Of a stretch of DNA of 64,000 nucleotides, positions 43,801 to 56,731 are shown one piece after another. The stretch spans positions 525,352 through 589,351 of the forward strand of contig NMRA01000016.1 in the NCBI GenBank assembly GCA_002633005.1, written 5' to 3'. The stretch is from Phoronis australis (lineage: Eukaryota > Animalia > Phoronida). Numbering within the stretch: position 1 is the stretch's first letter; every line of letters starts with the position of its first letter. Both the position numbers and the translations under genes were made by a program. The notes under the pieces are model-generated. The model searched no databases and was not told where the DNA came from. It saw nothing but the letters and a program-made list of their open reading frames with translations.

Positions 43801-46450
43801 ATACGCCAAACGAAATGTGGTCACGTGGTTGATTCAGTTTTGCTATAGCCACACCTTTCCTTAGTTTTTGCTAAATATTAATAAAAGGAAATTAATTAAT
43901 GAGAGCTAATTGGCATAAAGTCAAAAATCAAATTCTACAGGCTTTCTCAGTGCTTTCAGTGAAGTATGTAATATTATTGAGTTAAACTTAATTCGTTTGC
44001 AGATTTTTGACCGAATTCACCGATAAGGTCCTAGGTAACCGTACAGCTTCTAAATAGCCCGAGTTCCGTCGTTGATCATTTCAGGTCTGCGTGGACTGAT
44101 GTTGGCTGCCTTGTTAGCAGCTCTAATGAGTTCACTCACGTCCATATTCAATAGTGCCAGCAGCCTTGTCACTGTTGATTTATGGAAAAAGTGTCGGCCA
44201 CAGGCAACAGAGGGCGAACTAATGATCGTCGGCAGGGTATTTGTCATTCTGCTCGTCGGCATCAGTATTGCATGGTTGCCGATACTGCAAGCGGCTGGTG
44301 GCGGCACTCTGTGGGACTATATGCAATCCGTTTCGTCATACATTGCTCCGCCGTGGTGTATATGCTTCGTTATGGGTGTATTCTGGACTAGAACGACAGA
44401 GCCAGTAAGTACCACTCGATATACTTGCCGATGTATTCGACTCCCCACACAGAAATTGTTTTCGACAGTTTCTAAATTAGTGTGTATATATGCATGCACT
44501 ATGATCAATGAAACAATTTTAACAAATGCAGCAACAGGCATGCACATTATTAAGCTACCTGCTTCATAGTCATGCGCGCACCCAGCCCGCTAAAACATAA
44601 AGGGGGGGGGGGGGCTCAAATTTTTCAGTATGAGGACCTTTTACTGAAAAAAAAACCTGGACTAAAAAACGAGGTACTACGTTTATACCTATGAATTGTG
44701 CATTCTTGCCGACTAGATTTCTGTGGACTTTTGTCTCGTTTTCTCGGACTTCTTGTTTCTCGATCGAGGGGAACATTTTGCACACTGCATTCGAGCCCCC
44801 CTGGATACGCGCATGTTCACAGTGTAAACATAAGTAAGACAAAAATTCTTATTTACATTTACGTAAACAACTGTGCTCACTTTTCTGACTCACTCATGAT
44901 GAGGAGCGCATTCACTCAAAAAAAGGGACAACTTGCACTGTGGAGGCACAACGGGGCCATGGCCCCTGTTCATTGCAAAAAGCCCTCTCCTCTGTCGAAA
45001 ACATTTTTCAGTATTGCGTTTGTCCCCTTCCTGATTGCTATGTGCCCTCATGTTGTACTGAATATCTGAATACATTGGTACTCATGTACCTCACTCGCTA
45101 TGATCAATTGCAGGGAGCGTTCTGGGGTCTCATGGCCGGTCTGGTAACGGGCGTTGTTCGTATGGTGCTAGACTTTGCCTACCCAGCCCCGCTGTGCGGC
45201 AGTCATGATGTTGACACGAGGCCGGATGTATTGTCTAAAGTTCACTATCTCTACTTCTCCATTTTGTTATCGGCCATTTGTCTGTTGGTGACCACTGTTG
45301 TCAGCCTGCTCACGCAACAAAGAACTACAGAACAGGTAGGTGGACATTCCCATCGATTGCAACGAAGTGTGTGTATCTGACATCAATGAACATTGGTTTT
45401 GGCTGAACGCGGGCAAGAACAATAAAACTTTCACTATATTTAAAGTAAACAGTGGTCCAGCAAGCCACCAGAAAGTGACAAATTAGGTTTAAACGCAGAA
45501 GAACTAAACGTCTCATTTCTAAGAAATGAACCCGCTGAATTACGATAGTCCTACATTGAATTGTAAATTTATTAGTTCAATTGGAGTAGATTTTTTTTGA
45601 ATGATTACATTTCGGGCAAGTGCGGTTTTACTCAGTACAGATACAACGCTCATAACAAAAAATCTACTACTAACTTTGCCACAATTTGGAGCCGTTATTC
45701 TTTGAGAATGATCGCTTGTGGCGTTCACTTGATTTGATCATGGCGATTATGACATTCCTCGCTTCAGCTACGTAAGGTCACTTGGTGGACTCGTCATGCG
45801 GATGAAGAACCTATCCTGACTGACGATGAAGATGACGACAGCGATAATGATGGATACGTGGAGCAACTGGAGGTCGACAAGACGTCAGTCACATTACCAA
45901 GTATGTTCAATCATCACTGATTAATTGGTGAAATGCAAGAACGCCACTAAAACATAATAATTTATGAATTCACAATTTTCAAGGTTCAAACGATATATGC
46001 TCGTTCACAAAAACTGAAAGCACAATATTCCAGCAGACATGACAAATGCAATGAAAACAACAACGCATTTCGAAATTACTACAATAGGTCTATGGAGTGC
46101 GAATTTACACAAAAGACAGACGGAGTGGCTCATCCTAAACGTGTGTAGTACGTTTTCCATATTTATTAAGCGGTATACAGCAGAGGCATGTTCCATGAAA
46201 ATTGACTCAAAGCTTAGTAAAAATTTGGTCTTATACTCCAGAGCGGCAAAACACTATAGGTGGCAAATGCCTGAAGTGGGCGTGTGGCCTGGCAGACGAT
46301 CGGACGACTCACCGAACCAAAGCGGAGATAGCCGAAATGAGGAAGAGGCTGACTTCCATCGAAGAGAAACCGTTCTGGAAATCTGTTCTCAACGTCACGG
46401 CCATAATAGTTTTAACAGTTACGGTGTTCTTGTTTGGGTTCTTCGGTTGA
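37840..46450 (+). CDS. SLC5A sodium/solute (SGLT/SMIT-type) cotransporter, about 652 aa, 12 exons
   Basis: Exons 37840-37917, 39334-39405, 39590-39694, 40295-40354, 40803-40907, 41070-41175, 42067-42371, 43240-43483, 44085-44404, 45114-45335, 45768-45900, 46242-46450, all phase-consistent. SSS motifs [82 protein letters not shown]. Confidence 0.95.
40028..40096 (+). repeat. Imperfect (ACA)n microsatellite
   Basis: Run of ACAACAACA in SLC5A intron 3. Confidence 0.9.
42514..42585. mobile_element. 72-bp mini-MITE (partial copies near 62015-62073 and 29850-29925)
   Basis: TIR CATGGGCGGCG...CGCCGCCCATG flanked by ATAG on both sides. Confidence 0.7.
44571..44815. mobile_element. MITE, CATGCGCGCACCCAG family
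   Basis: Same TIR and body as 32814-33050 in opposite orientation; flanks TTCATAGT/TTCACAGT. Confidence 0.8.
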
Positions 46451-47091
46451 CAGAGTATAAGTTACAGCTTACTCAACGTTGGTACAATGTGCTTTCAGAT
46501 ACACGGACTGTAATTGAACACATTTTTTTACCAAAGGTAACATTTCTGCAGTAACTTTTCAAACTTCTTGGTATTATGAAACTGTTTTTCAACTACTTGG
46601 TGACCAAAGAAGCGTGTCACACGCGCGGAAATGTGATTTAAACATGAAAAAATTCCATATTACAACAAGCCGTGGCACCAGCATTTTTTCGAGCAGATGA
46701 AACGTCTCTGTGGTCATCTTGGATTTCAAAAATGCAGGCGTACATTTTGATGGTGCATTTTAATACGTTTTTAAAAGATGTTTGAAAAATCACAACCCTT
46801 AGTTTAGCGAAAATTTCCACATGGAGGCGCAAGATCGAAAATTACGTGAAAAAGAGCACAGGACATGTCGTTCCTATGTCTTAAGAAATGTTTGATTTCA
46901 ATTTTTTATATCAGGACTGTTTTGTAACGTTGTTTATTTTTCATGTTCGATTGCTTTTTCTTGGGGGAGAAACCTTTAGGTTTTAATTGCAGTCTGCCCA
47001 AACTAGTAATTCAATTTCGTCAGTTCGTGTACGGGCGACCTCCCCAAGTCTAAAGATCGGATAATTTACACAATTTTGATATTTTTTTTGA

Positions 47092-47248
47092 CAGTGCTGT
47101 AGTGGGACGTAGGCGCACGTAGGCGCAGCCAACCACCTTTTGGCATTTGAACGTATAGCCTACGCACCGTAAGTTTCGTTCAGTGCTCAGAGGTAATACG
47201 GTGAGCTTTGGGCGCCTACTTACCTCTTATTTTACCACTGCAGCACTG
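47092..47248. mobile_element. hAT-like MITE (inverted copy of 36940-37067) in the SLC5A 3'UTR
   Basis: CAGTGCTGTAGTGG...CCACTGCAGCACTG with shared internal sequence. Confidence 0.85.
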
Positions 47249-47292
47249 TTTTTTTTGAGTTTTCAAGTTCAGATAATTAGGTTTGAGTTTTC

Positions 47293-47317
47293 AATAAAGT
47301 ATTGATTCAACAATAAA
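47293..47317 (+). terminator. Candidate SLC5A polyadenylation signals
   Basis: Two AATAAA at 47293 and 47312. Confidence 0.5.
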
Positions 47318-49846
47318 TGTATTTTCCTTTTCGCCCTATCCCTAGAAACTGTATTCCTTAAGTTACCACGTCTACAGTTTATCGATGATTGACAGGTAAG
47401 TAGAGAACCTCACGAAAACGAAAGGCTTCGCCATGCATTACAAGCGCAGCACGTAATCGCACTACGGTTACTCGCGAAATAAGAAGCAAGGCGGGTTTTT
47501 GTCCCACTTCCGTTGACGTCAGAGTGCTAACCTGTTACCGCACAACAGGAAATCTCCAGAGGTTACGTGCTGTTTTACCACGTGCAGCGCTATAGACCAA
47601 AGGGGAGGTTATGAAACAAGATTGCGATTTTCTCCCACTTTTCTGCCAAGTAATTTATTCTTGCGTCTACAAAACAAAGACAACGCCAAATCCTCTGAGA
47701 GTGTCATCGCGCACGTCGCCAGTCTGCACAACCTTTTCATCAACCCTATTCGCGAAATGTTGTAGTAGTTTTTTTGCGCACTCCCAGATACTGATAAGGG
47801 TCAGTTTCCGCTAGGATTCAGAATACGTTGTACCCGTCTCCGTCTCATGATATCCAACTCTCACTGACGGCTTGTGTAGATTGTATGTCCACGCTCCTTA
47901 GCGCTGTCAATCAAAAGACTCCAATGAAAATAACCATTTCCGTCTTCGTAACGCATTATCCATTGAAAATAAGTACACAAACAGTGTGCACGAGAAACAG
48001 ACGCTGGGGACGGTTTTAACATAAGGTAGAACTATACCCACAATCCCCAGTGTCGTTACGAACTTAGTTCATTTCCCTGCCAGCCGTTTTATAAATAACC
48101 GCGTGAAAAAGATTTCGAAAAAAAAGAATGAACACAGCGAAAGCTAAATAGGCCAACAATATTGTCTTGTGGACTTATTGACCTTTTACAGAGTCTAAAG
48201 TAAGAGAACCCCTAAGTGAAAACGAGCTAAGCCTAGTGCAGCCTCCCTCCCTCCTTCATCAATTGAACAAATGTTCACATCGTTCATTTGCCCTTTGTAC
48301 ATCTTCACTGGGACAGGGTAATTAGAGTACAAGACGGGCAATGCGCCAAAGATGCCTGTTTTTCAAACGGGCAAGTGCTTACAAAGAAACTACAAGAAAC
48401 ATCCGTGAAAATTTCTTCCCACAACTGGCAATTAGCAACTACCGTTTAAAACTTGGCAAGACGAAATAAAAAGTGCGGCAGATTTTACCGAGTATTTTTC
48501 CTGTTAAACGTGCGTTTTCTGCCTCTGGTATGAAACTGGGTTAAACCAGACGGAAAAACCCAATTGCCCCGAGTGCATTTTCGGAAATTAGGACCAATTC
48601 CTTATAATGAATCACAGCTACAGTTCATCGTGAAGTGAATATTAAGTGCATTAGGTATGCAGAATTCCAGTGACAACTGCCTGTTGACCGGTATTACGAT
48701 CCATTTGTGTACTAAACTGGCTTAAAGACGCCAGGTCTCATTAAAACAGTGAATATTTAAATTTATAGCAAGCGCCACCTTGTGACTTCCTGGAGAACTA
48801 TGTGTACAAGTATAACGAGTAAAAGAACAATTTGTAAATAAAATGCGGTTTTTAAGAAAACACCACCAGCGATACACTTAAAAATTAAGTGTGAACATCC
48901 TCCAAATATTAGGCGATCGTTATTTGATAGTGAAATGAACAAATAATAAAATTGTGCCTTATTTCACTAAAGTAAAGATGACATATTACCATACTAATTT
49001 ACAAAAAAAACAATCTCGCAAAATGAGACTTTTGCGAGATTGTAATGGTACCTGGTTCTCGGATGGTTTCCAGCACACCAGAAGACCATAGGTTGTTTGT
49101 AAACTAACTTTAATTTGCATATTCACAATTAAATGAGACATAGCATCTTTAATGTTCTGTAGTTAATTGTGATTTTGCTACTTTGCATGTTACTATTTTG
49201 CAAACTTACAAGCACATATGAGAGATTTACTTCAGATGTAAAGCATCTTCTAAGTGTAAAAATTATGAGTTCAATAAGGCAAGACTTTTTTGCAGATTTT
49301 AATTAAATCTAACAATTTATGTACACATTATGGTAAAGACAATGGTTAGCTAACAACAAGACACCTTCAAAAATGAGACCACCTACCAAGTGCCTACTTG
49401 TTTTTTAAGACAGGACACTTCCAACTCGTACGATAGGTGGCAGCACCATACATGTTGATCCTGAGGAACTGGTATTGCATACGAACTGTATTCATGTGCA
49501 TTACCAGTCTCTCCCAGAAGGGACATACATGGGGCTAAGTAACAAACACTTGCATTTGATGTCAAACACCAAGGCACTCCGACTACAGCCATTTTCAAGC
49601 TTGATTTCGAAATACAGAAAACGTGTGCACTGAAACAAGTGGGCACATCATCGATACCTACCTACACAAGATGAAAAATGTTTAAGTTCAGCGACCACGA
49701 TGATCAATAGACATTAACACATAACCAAGGTTTGTGCGTGTCCCAAAACTCACAACAGAAAGTCCGACTAATCGCTGATAGACAAACTTCTATCAGACAC
49801 CTGATTACGTAACAGCGAGGTAACAAATTTTCCCGCCAGACAACTG

Positions 49847-52800
49847 CTAGGTTTTGAAGCCGAGCGAAAACGCCACCTTGGGCCGGGCATTCTTCTTATT
49901 GAGTATAACCTCCTGCTCTTTTCTAACTTTCTTTTTCTCTTCATCCTCCAGCTTTTGTCGTTCCTCAAGCATTTTCCTTTGTTCTTCAACCAGTTTCAAT
50001 TGCTCCTCAGCCTGCAAAAACAAAGACAGAAAATGTATTAAGCAAACATAGCAGGCAATTCATTGATAATGAGACTTTAAGGACAGCATAAAACGAGACT
50101 TAAAAGGACAGTATAGAACCAGACTTTTCTGGGATTTATCAGTGAATAAATTCATATACTGGGTAACTGGCAACTAGGGCTTGGAATGACCAACGACAAA
50201 AAGAGGAAAATTTTCAGGTGTGTATCATTCCACACATAAGAAGGATTGTGTGATAGAAATATTTTTTGTATAGTAAAAACTGACTGACGTAAATGTTTGT
50301 GCATGAGTAATGTCAAAGTAATGATAAAGAAGCCATGAAAAAGAGAAAACCAGAACTCGAATACGAGGAAATTGAAACCAAAAAGAGGACATCATCTACA
50401 AAGAGGAAAATTCCAAGTCCTGGACAATGAGATCCCCGCTGTTACCGTCAATTCAGTATGCTCATGTCAGACAAGCTGCTGACATCAGAAAACAGACTAA
50501 GCTGAAGACAGTGCATACAAGACATTTTGACGAATACGAGGCACTTGTTGGCTAACACTGGGTCTTCAGGTAACTCAAAAAAAGGAAAAGGACCGATTGT
50601 AGTGACTACTGCCACAGACGCACATCCGACAATAGGAGTTGTAGTCTGATGATGTCTAGAAATCCAATACGAGGAAATTGAAACCAAAAAAGAGGACATC
50701 CTATACAAAGAAGAAAATTCCAAGTCCTGGGCAATGAGATCCCGGCTGTTACTGTCAATTCAGTATGCTCATGTCAGACAAGCTGCTGACATCAGAAAAC
50801 AGATTAAGCTGAAGACAGTACATACAAGTCATTTTGACGAATACAAGGCACTTGTTGGCTAACACTGGGTCTTCAGGTAACTCAAAAAAGGGAAAAGGAC
50901 CGATTGCCACAAACATACATGTACACCCGACAATAGGAGTTGTTGTCTGATGTCACAAATCTACCAGGTTGTGTGTTTATAGAATACGTTGTTGGTGACC
51001 TATAGCATTGCTCTGAGGTGTGTATCAAACATTCAACATCATCATTTAAGGATATTAAACTTAGTGTCTATCTCAAACCCAGATGACCGTGCACCAAGTG
51101 CTTGCATAGGGGACCAGTTGATTCTTTAACCTGCTAACAGCCACACTGCTTTCAACACATGTAGTGACCAGTTTCTTAGTTTAGTTCTCAGCAATAACAA
51201 AATATCAGTTTTCCAAAGACCAGAAATCACTTCTAACCATGGTAAAGAATAAGCCGAGACAAATTTAAGACAGGCAAGCACTCATCTTTCTAAAGACTTG
51301 ACGTTTTTCCATGACAAATAGCCCAAAACAGTGTTTTGCGACACCTCTCAACGTGCAATGAACACAATTTTTGAAGAATGTGCCTGTTTACAGCAATTCA
51401 ACTGGTAACTAGAAATTCTGATTTTTATGACTGAATAAACATGGAAGCAAAACAGAGTACCATGTTCAAAATAAACGGACAGCACAGTATCAAATTGTAT
51501 TACTGAATATACGCTTAACTTCATGATGTGACCATGGTCAAACTTTCAAGATACATCAGATAATGTCAATGATTAAAAAGAAATTTAAACAAGTGTTATT
51601 AGGAACACCAACTCACAGTAATAAAAAACGAAAGGTTCTGCCACAGAACAATGGTTTTAAAAAATGACAAATGCACAGGGATTTCAAACCTCTTGGTGCA
51701 CACGCATCTTTCAAGTCGTGACCTAAAACGATCTTTTCTTTTGGCTAAAAGATCAGTTCAAAGTGATTCAATCAAAAATCACCAATTGGAATAGTTCAAA
51801 CACTGAAAACTATCGACACAAAAAAGTAAAATAAAAAGCCTCAAGCTAAACATGCCAATGTCAGTTTAAAAGCATCTCAGCACAAGCAACTGAAAATTAT
51901 CAGTCGTTTGCTGGCGAAAAGGAATAAACTTACAAGCTTCCTTTGAGCTTCTTCAATTTTTCGATTATTTTCCTCCATGATCTTTTGCAGTTCCTCATGT
52001 TTTTTGCGCTCTTCCTCCTACAAAACATGTGACTCAGATAACCAATGCCGACCAGCGGTTTAATAGGGAACCCCCAGTAGAACAAGACTAGTCTTAACGA
52101 GCGGTTAATTAAATTTGGGAATCTCAACGTTACCACACACACTAAGTCTTTACTGAACGAGACTCTTTTGCTCAGGTTCAATCACCACTGACCACATGAG
52201 CACTCCGTGAACGTTTGATTGAATTGACGTCTAACACTGCGTAACTTTTTACTTTGTAACCTCTAGCCATACCAAGGACTGGTGTAAATGGTAAAAACTA
52301 ATGAAGTTAAGACAAACTTGAGGGAACCTGAGCATAGTGTGTCCTTACTCGACTAACGCATTTGTCACAAATACGAAATGAATAAAAAAATCCCCCCCAG
52401 AATGTAGTAACAAAGAGGACATAGCAAAACACCTGTAATTACACTAGCAGAGGCCACAATACAAATAGAAATACCTGCGTCGGCAACTTACTACACAGAC
52501 GTAGCCTGCTATGTAGTGTCTTCTTTGCTTCGAGCTGTTGTGTTTTAGGAAACAAGTAACAGATTAGCCCCCTAGGGTCGCCTGGCGCCAACACATGGCC
52601 AGATTAACAGGCATAAATCAGTTGGCTTACCTTACAGAGACTGCTCAGTGAGAAAAACTGATCCGCACAGACTATAGCTCACGTTATGCCACATATACAA
52701 AATAGCAAACAAAGGATTAATATTTTGACAAAACTACACTATATTATCAAGGAGACATCTATTACTGCTGTAAATTACTAAATTACAGCGACAAAAAAAA

Positions 52801-55800
52801 CAAAAAAAAAAACGGCATCTCACTGGACACAATCCGAATTGTCGTATTAGTGGATAACAGACTAAAAAAATGTCCTGTAATACAACACCAACATCGAGAC
52901 TTTATGACATCACTTATATCGGACGTAACTGCAAAGGAAAGAGTCTGCACATAGTAATCACACGGGTATCTGCTTGCGAACTGGGCAAACGGGAACAGGC
53001 AGAACAGACCAGCATTTTATCCGCAACTTGGCTGTCTGCACCAATACAGACCGCCAACAAAACAAAATCAGCGAAGCAATACATGGACGTGTAGGCAGCA
53101 AGGCAGCTAAGACATTGGTCTGTTTATTTGTGGTCTGCATTGATGCAAAATTGCGAAGAAAACAATGCCGTGTCGCAATGTTCCCTGCATTAATTCAACC
53201 TGAGCACCCATTTGGGGCACACGTAACATAATGAAGTGTGGTGGCAAGGGGGGCGGGGGCGGGGTGGGGGCGGGCAAGGAAGTAAAAGAAGTTGACTTAA
53301 GATGTAGCAATGGACAGGTGTAAATAAAAAGGAGTCGAATGAGACTACTAAGCCTTCCTATAAAGACGACTCAGTGATTAAAGCCAACAGCCCAATGCAT
53401 GCGAAATGCAACTGTTTGTTCTCAACTTAGGACTTCATTAGATAAGCAGGCATGACAACTGAACACTCCAGGTGATGCAGTTACATAGGCAGTGATCCCA
53501 CCACACTTCATCAGCAGCAGCAGCAGCAGTAACGCAATAGAAAGCATGGACCACTACCTCCTTCAGCTTCTGCTCTGCCAGTTCCGCCTCCCTTTTCCTC
53601 TCCATCTCTTCCATTAGCTGCGTCTCCATCACGCGCTTGGCCTCCTCTACCCGTCGTTTCACCTCCGCCTCGATCTCGTCCTTTCGCTTCTCTAATTCCT
53701 CCTCCACTCTCTGAGCCACTAACTCTTCCACTCTCCTCGCAACTTCCTCTTCTATCAACTTCTGCTCCATTTCCTTCTGCCGTCTACAATACCAAACAAA
53801 CCTGGGTCACAGACTGTAAGCATGGGTGGGACTAAACAATTAAGCCCTGGACTCGACAATAATTCGACTGGCTCTCTCAGTGAACAATGACTAGACTCCC
53901 TCAACATTGTGACAAGAGGTCAGTACTGTGCTTACACCCACTGTGGGCTGAACCACAAAGTCAAACAGTCCAGCTCCCTCTCTGAGATCACAACTAGAAA
54001 AAGGATATGATGGGCTTGGACTGAGTTGTAAACCTCAGTTGACTGAAGACAGAACGTTGGAGATTGACTGCTCAACTGCACTTCCACCATAATAAAACTA
54101 CTGTAGAAACACTTCAGATCTAGCACACTCACAATAGCCTTTGTCTCTCAATCTCCAAAAGCTTGTCTTCTTCCTCTTCTTTCCCATCCTCAGATTTCTG
54201 TGCTAGACTTGGGGCGCGGCCAAATATGTCCGTGTCACTGTCAGAACTGCTGGATACTGAACGCTTCCTGTAAATAGACAAAGACGAGCATAACAACCAA
54301 GTCTCATCAACCATATGAGTGTGTACTGAAAAAGACTGTACATGGGCATACTCGGGGGGGGGGGGGAAGTCTCGGGGGGCTTGAACGAGCCCCCCAATTT
54401 GCCGAAGTGGGCAAAAAGGTCTGCCTCAGTGAAAAAAATCCAAGTAAACGACACAAAAGTCCACAAAGTACACAGGAAATAGGCGCAGGTGCACAATTCG
54501 TAGGCCTCAACGTAGTGGCCCCGTTATTTTTTAATCCCCATATCGAGAAATTTGAACCCCCCTATGTTGTAGGCTGGGTGCGTGCATGCTGCATCATGTA
54601 CTCCAGTAGTCAGAGTCTGCAGTTACTAAACCTAAAACTACAGTCATAGTTCAGAGTATTTGGTAATGAGTATTACTGACATGAACACTTAAGTTGGCAA
54701 TAGATTAACTGCTAATTTTCCCTCCATTTCTGCTTTCGCCACTGAACAAAGCATGCTGTGAAGATCAAACCAGGAGTGCATTACCTAGAGACGCAATAAA
54801 CTTGCTACACAAAATCGCACCAATGAAAGGCAAGAGTTTTGAGTGTGTGGTAATAACCTTACTTGCAAAATGACGGCCACTTAAGTGATTGGTCAGTGAG
54901 GTTAGAATGCTCAATTACAAAATGAAATTCATTATTTAAGAACTGTGAGCAAGATTTCTCGCCACACATGCATCGTGCCTTGAGTCTATGGAGTGCAGCC
55001 CCTGAAGAAACACATTTTTCACCATCACTATCATCAAAAGAATATTGCCTGCCAAGTAGACAGTGACACCGTCTCTAGCTGACTATAGACGGTGTAGCTC
55101 CCATAGGAGCTTTATACGCCGGAAGCTTTTCGGCAAGTTATGCCTCACAGTCACACTCACTAAAACATCAAAGTCGTGTAGATATAAATACCTTTTGCGC
55201 ATACAGGGACACCTTAGGAGGCCGTTGATGTATGCAATTCCTTCCAACTCAATGAAATACTTCTGTGGGAAGCTTCCGGCGTATGACGTTCCAGTATAGG
55301 AGTTACCACCGTCTCTAGTTAGCTAGAGACGGTGGTCACTGTCTACAAGTCGAGTTCAGGCAACCAGGTACCAAGTCCAATTAAATACGATCTTCATATG
55401 CAGTGGAAAACTTTATTAATGGCATCTAAAGACCAATTCTCACACTTGCAAAATTTGGCGGCAATGGACTGGTGAACCACGTTAAAACTATATCGAAGAC
55501 GCCTGAAAGAAACCACACTCGAGACTAATCAAAGGAAGGGAAGTTGCGCTTAATTTGCCAGATGTTCACTATTAGCCAAGGAGACATGATAAACACGTTT
55601 ACACGATCTGCGTGTCGTTTTTTCTTGATACCATTGTAATGTGCACACACTAGACTAATTTTAAGGTAGGCCTAAGCTAAAATCAGAAAACCACCAAACC
55701 TGCTGCGTTTCTCTCGCGACCGCGATCTATGTCTGGTTTTACGTTTATTGTTTCGGTCTCGGGATCTTGATCTGCGTTTCTTGTGTTTGCTTTTATGTCT

Positions 55801-55842
55801 AGAACGACTGTGTGACCTGCTGCGACTTCTTGAGCGACCCAT
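49847..55842 (-). CDS. ARGLU1: Arginine and glutamate-rich protein 1 (splicing/transcription regulator), about 250 aa, 5 exons
   Basis: Exons 55842-55700, 54267-54133, 53783-53558, 52017-51934, 50011-49847. [12 protein letters not shown]-rich start, [51 protein letters not shown]-terminal [15 protein letters not shown]. Confidence 0.97.
50175..50422. mobile_element. Non-autonomous TIR element, CAGGGCTTGGAAT family (inverted)
   Basis: TAGGGCTTGGAATG...ATTCCAAGTCCTG; left flank GGCAAC, right flank GACAAT (GGCAAT in the duplicated copy). Confidence 0.8.
50360..50960. repeat. About 305-bp tandem duplication in the last ARGLU1 intron
   Basis: AATACGAGGAAATTGAAACC...CAATAGGAGTTGT occurs twice (starts about 50360 and 50666) and includes one MITE end. 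Confidence 0.9.
52631..52777 (-). other. Candidate stop-containing (poison) cassette exon in ARGLU1 intron 3
   Basis: U-tract (52812-52792), then AG acceptors followed by TAA / CAG TAA TAG, and a strong donor AAG|GTAAGC. Confidence 0.6.
54341..54588. mobile_element. MITE, CATGCGCGCACCCAG family
   Basis: Family body and termini; flanks CTGTA/CTGCA. Confidence 0.8.
55056..55346. mobile_element. MITE with about 70-bp TIRs containing internal palindromes
   Basis: GTAGACAGTGAC..ACCGTCTCTAG / CTAGAGACGGTGGTCACTGTCTAC; TACGCCGGAAGCTT / AAGCTTCCGGCGTA. Confidence 0.85.
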
Positions 55843-55898
55843 TCCTCACTTTTTTAACAGTTAACAATGAAAGACTCGGTATACGCTCATCGATGTCT

Positions 55899-55930
55899 CA
55901 AAATGGCGGCACTTGCATGACGTCGGAAAC
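55899..55930. promoter_or_regulatory. YY1-like and CRE-like motifs at the ARGLU1 5' end
   Basis: CAAAATGGCGGC (YY1 consensus) and TGACGTC 60-80 bp upstream of the ATG. Confidence 0.5.
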
Positions 55931-56731
55931 GCAAGATGTCACTGCGGTCTTTCACCCACACTCTGCTACCCGTGGTACATTGTGCCACCTATTGAGTCCC
56001 GGCCACCAAGGCACGGGCTCACCCAGCCTAAAAAATAGGGGGGAGGGGGTTGAGCGTTTTCCCGTTCAGTGACTTTACCAGACATAGGGGGTTCTGAGCG
56101 TGTGATAAGTCTAGCTTCTTTGTTAACTGCCAAGCACACTCTTTTGTCCGTTATGACAACAGGCAGGCCAATCATCTACCAGGCTTATTACAGACCACGC
56201 GTGAGCACAGTCAAACACAGTCGAGTGAATTGGTGGCCTATTCGGAAAGAATAGATTGTCGTAACTTCGGTTGCAGTTGGGCGTTTTTGGCGATTCAAAA
56301 ACTAAACATGATCACCATTTGACGAACATTTCAGAAATTCTATTGGTTTATGTTCAAATATATTATAACCTAACTTTTATTTTAAACAGCACAGTCCAGT
56401 AGATATCCGATCTTATTTGGAGAAGAGAACAATTATCGAACAAAAGAGAGCTGGCCCTCCAACCCATGAATGCCACAATGGAGTTAATCAGTTGTGTAAG
56501 ATATTGGCTACAGGGGTAAACTTCCCAACCTGTTGTTGAGCTATAGAATCAAAAAAGTTGGGAGCAACGGGAAAACGCCGTAATTTTATCTGAGGCGGAC
56601 CTGTACAATGTATGTCCACTTCGCCAAAGGCCGTGGGTGTCTCCTTGGAGCCCACGAACACCTCCTTGGTGCGCGCATGCTTGGTCCTAGTACGTAGGTT
56701 CCAGCGAAGCGGGCATTTGAACAGTGTGCTG

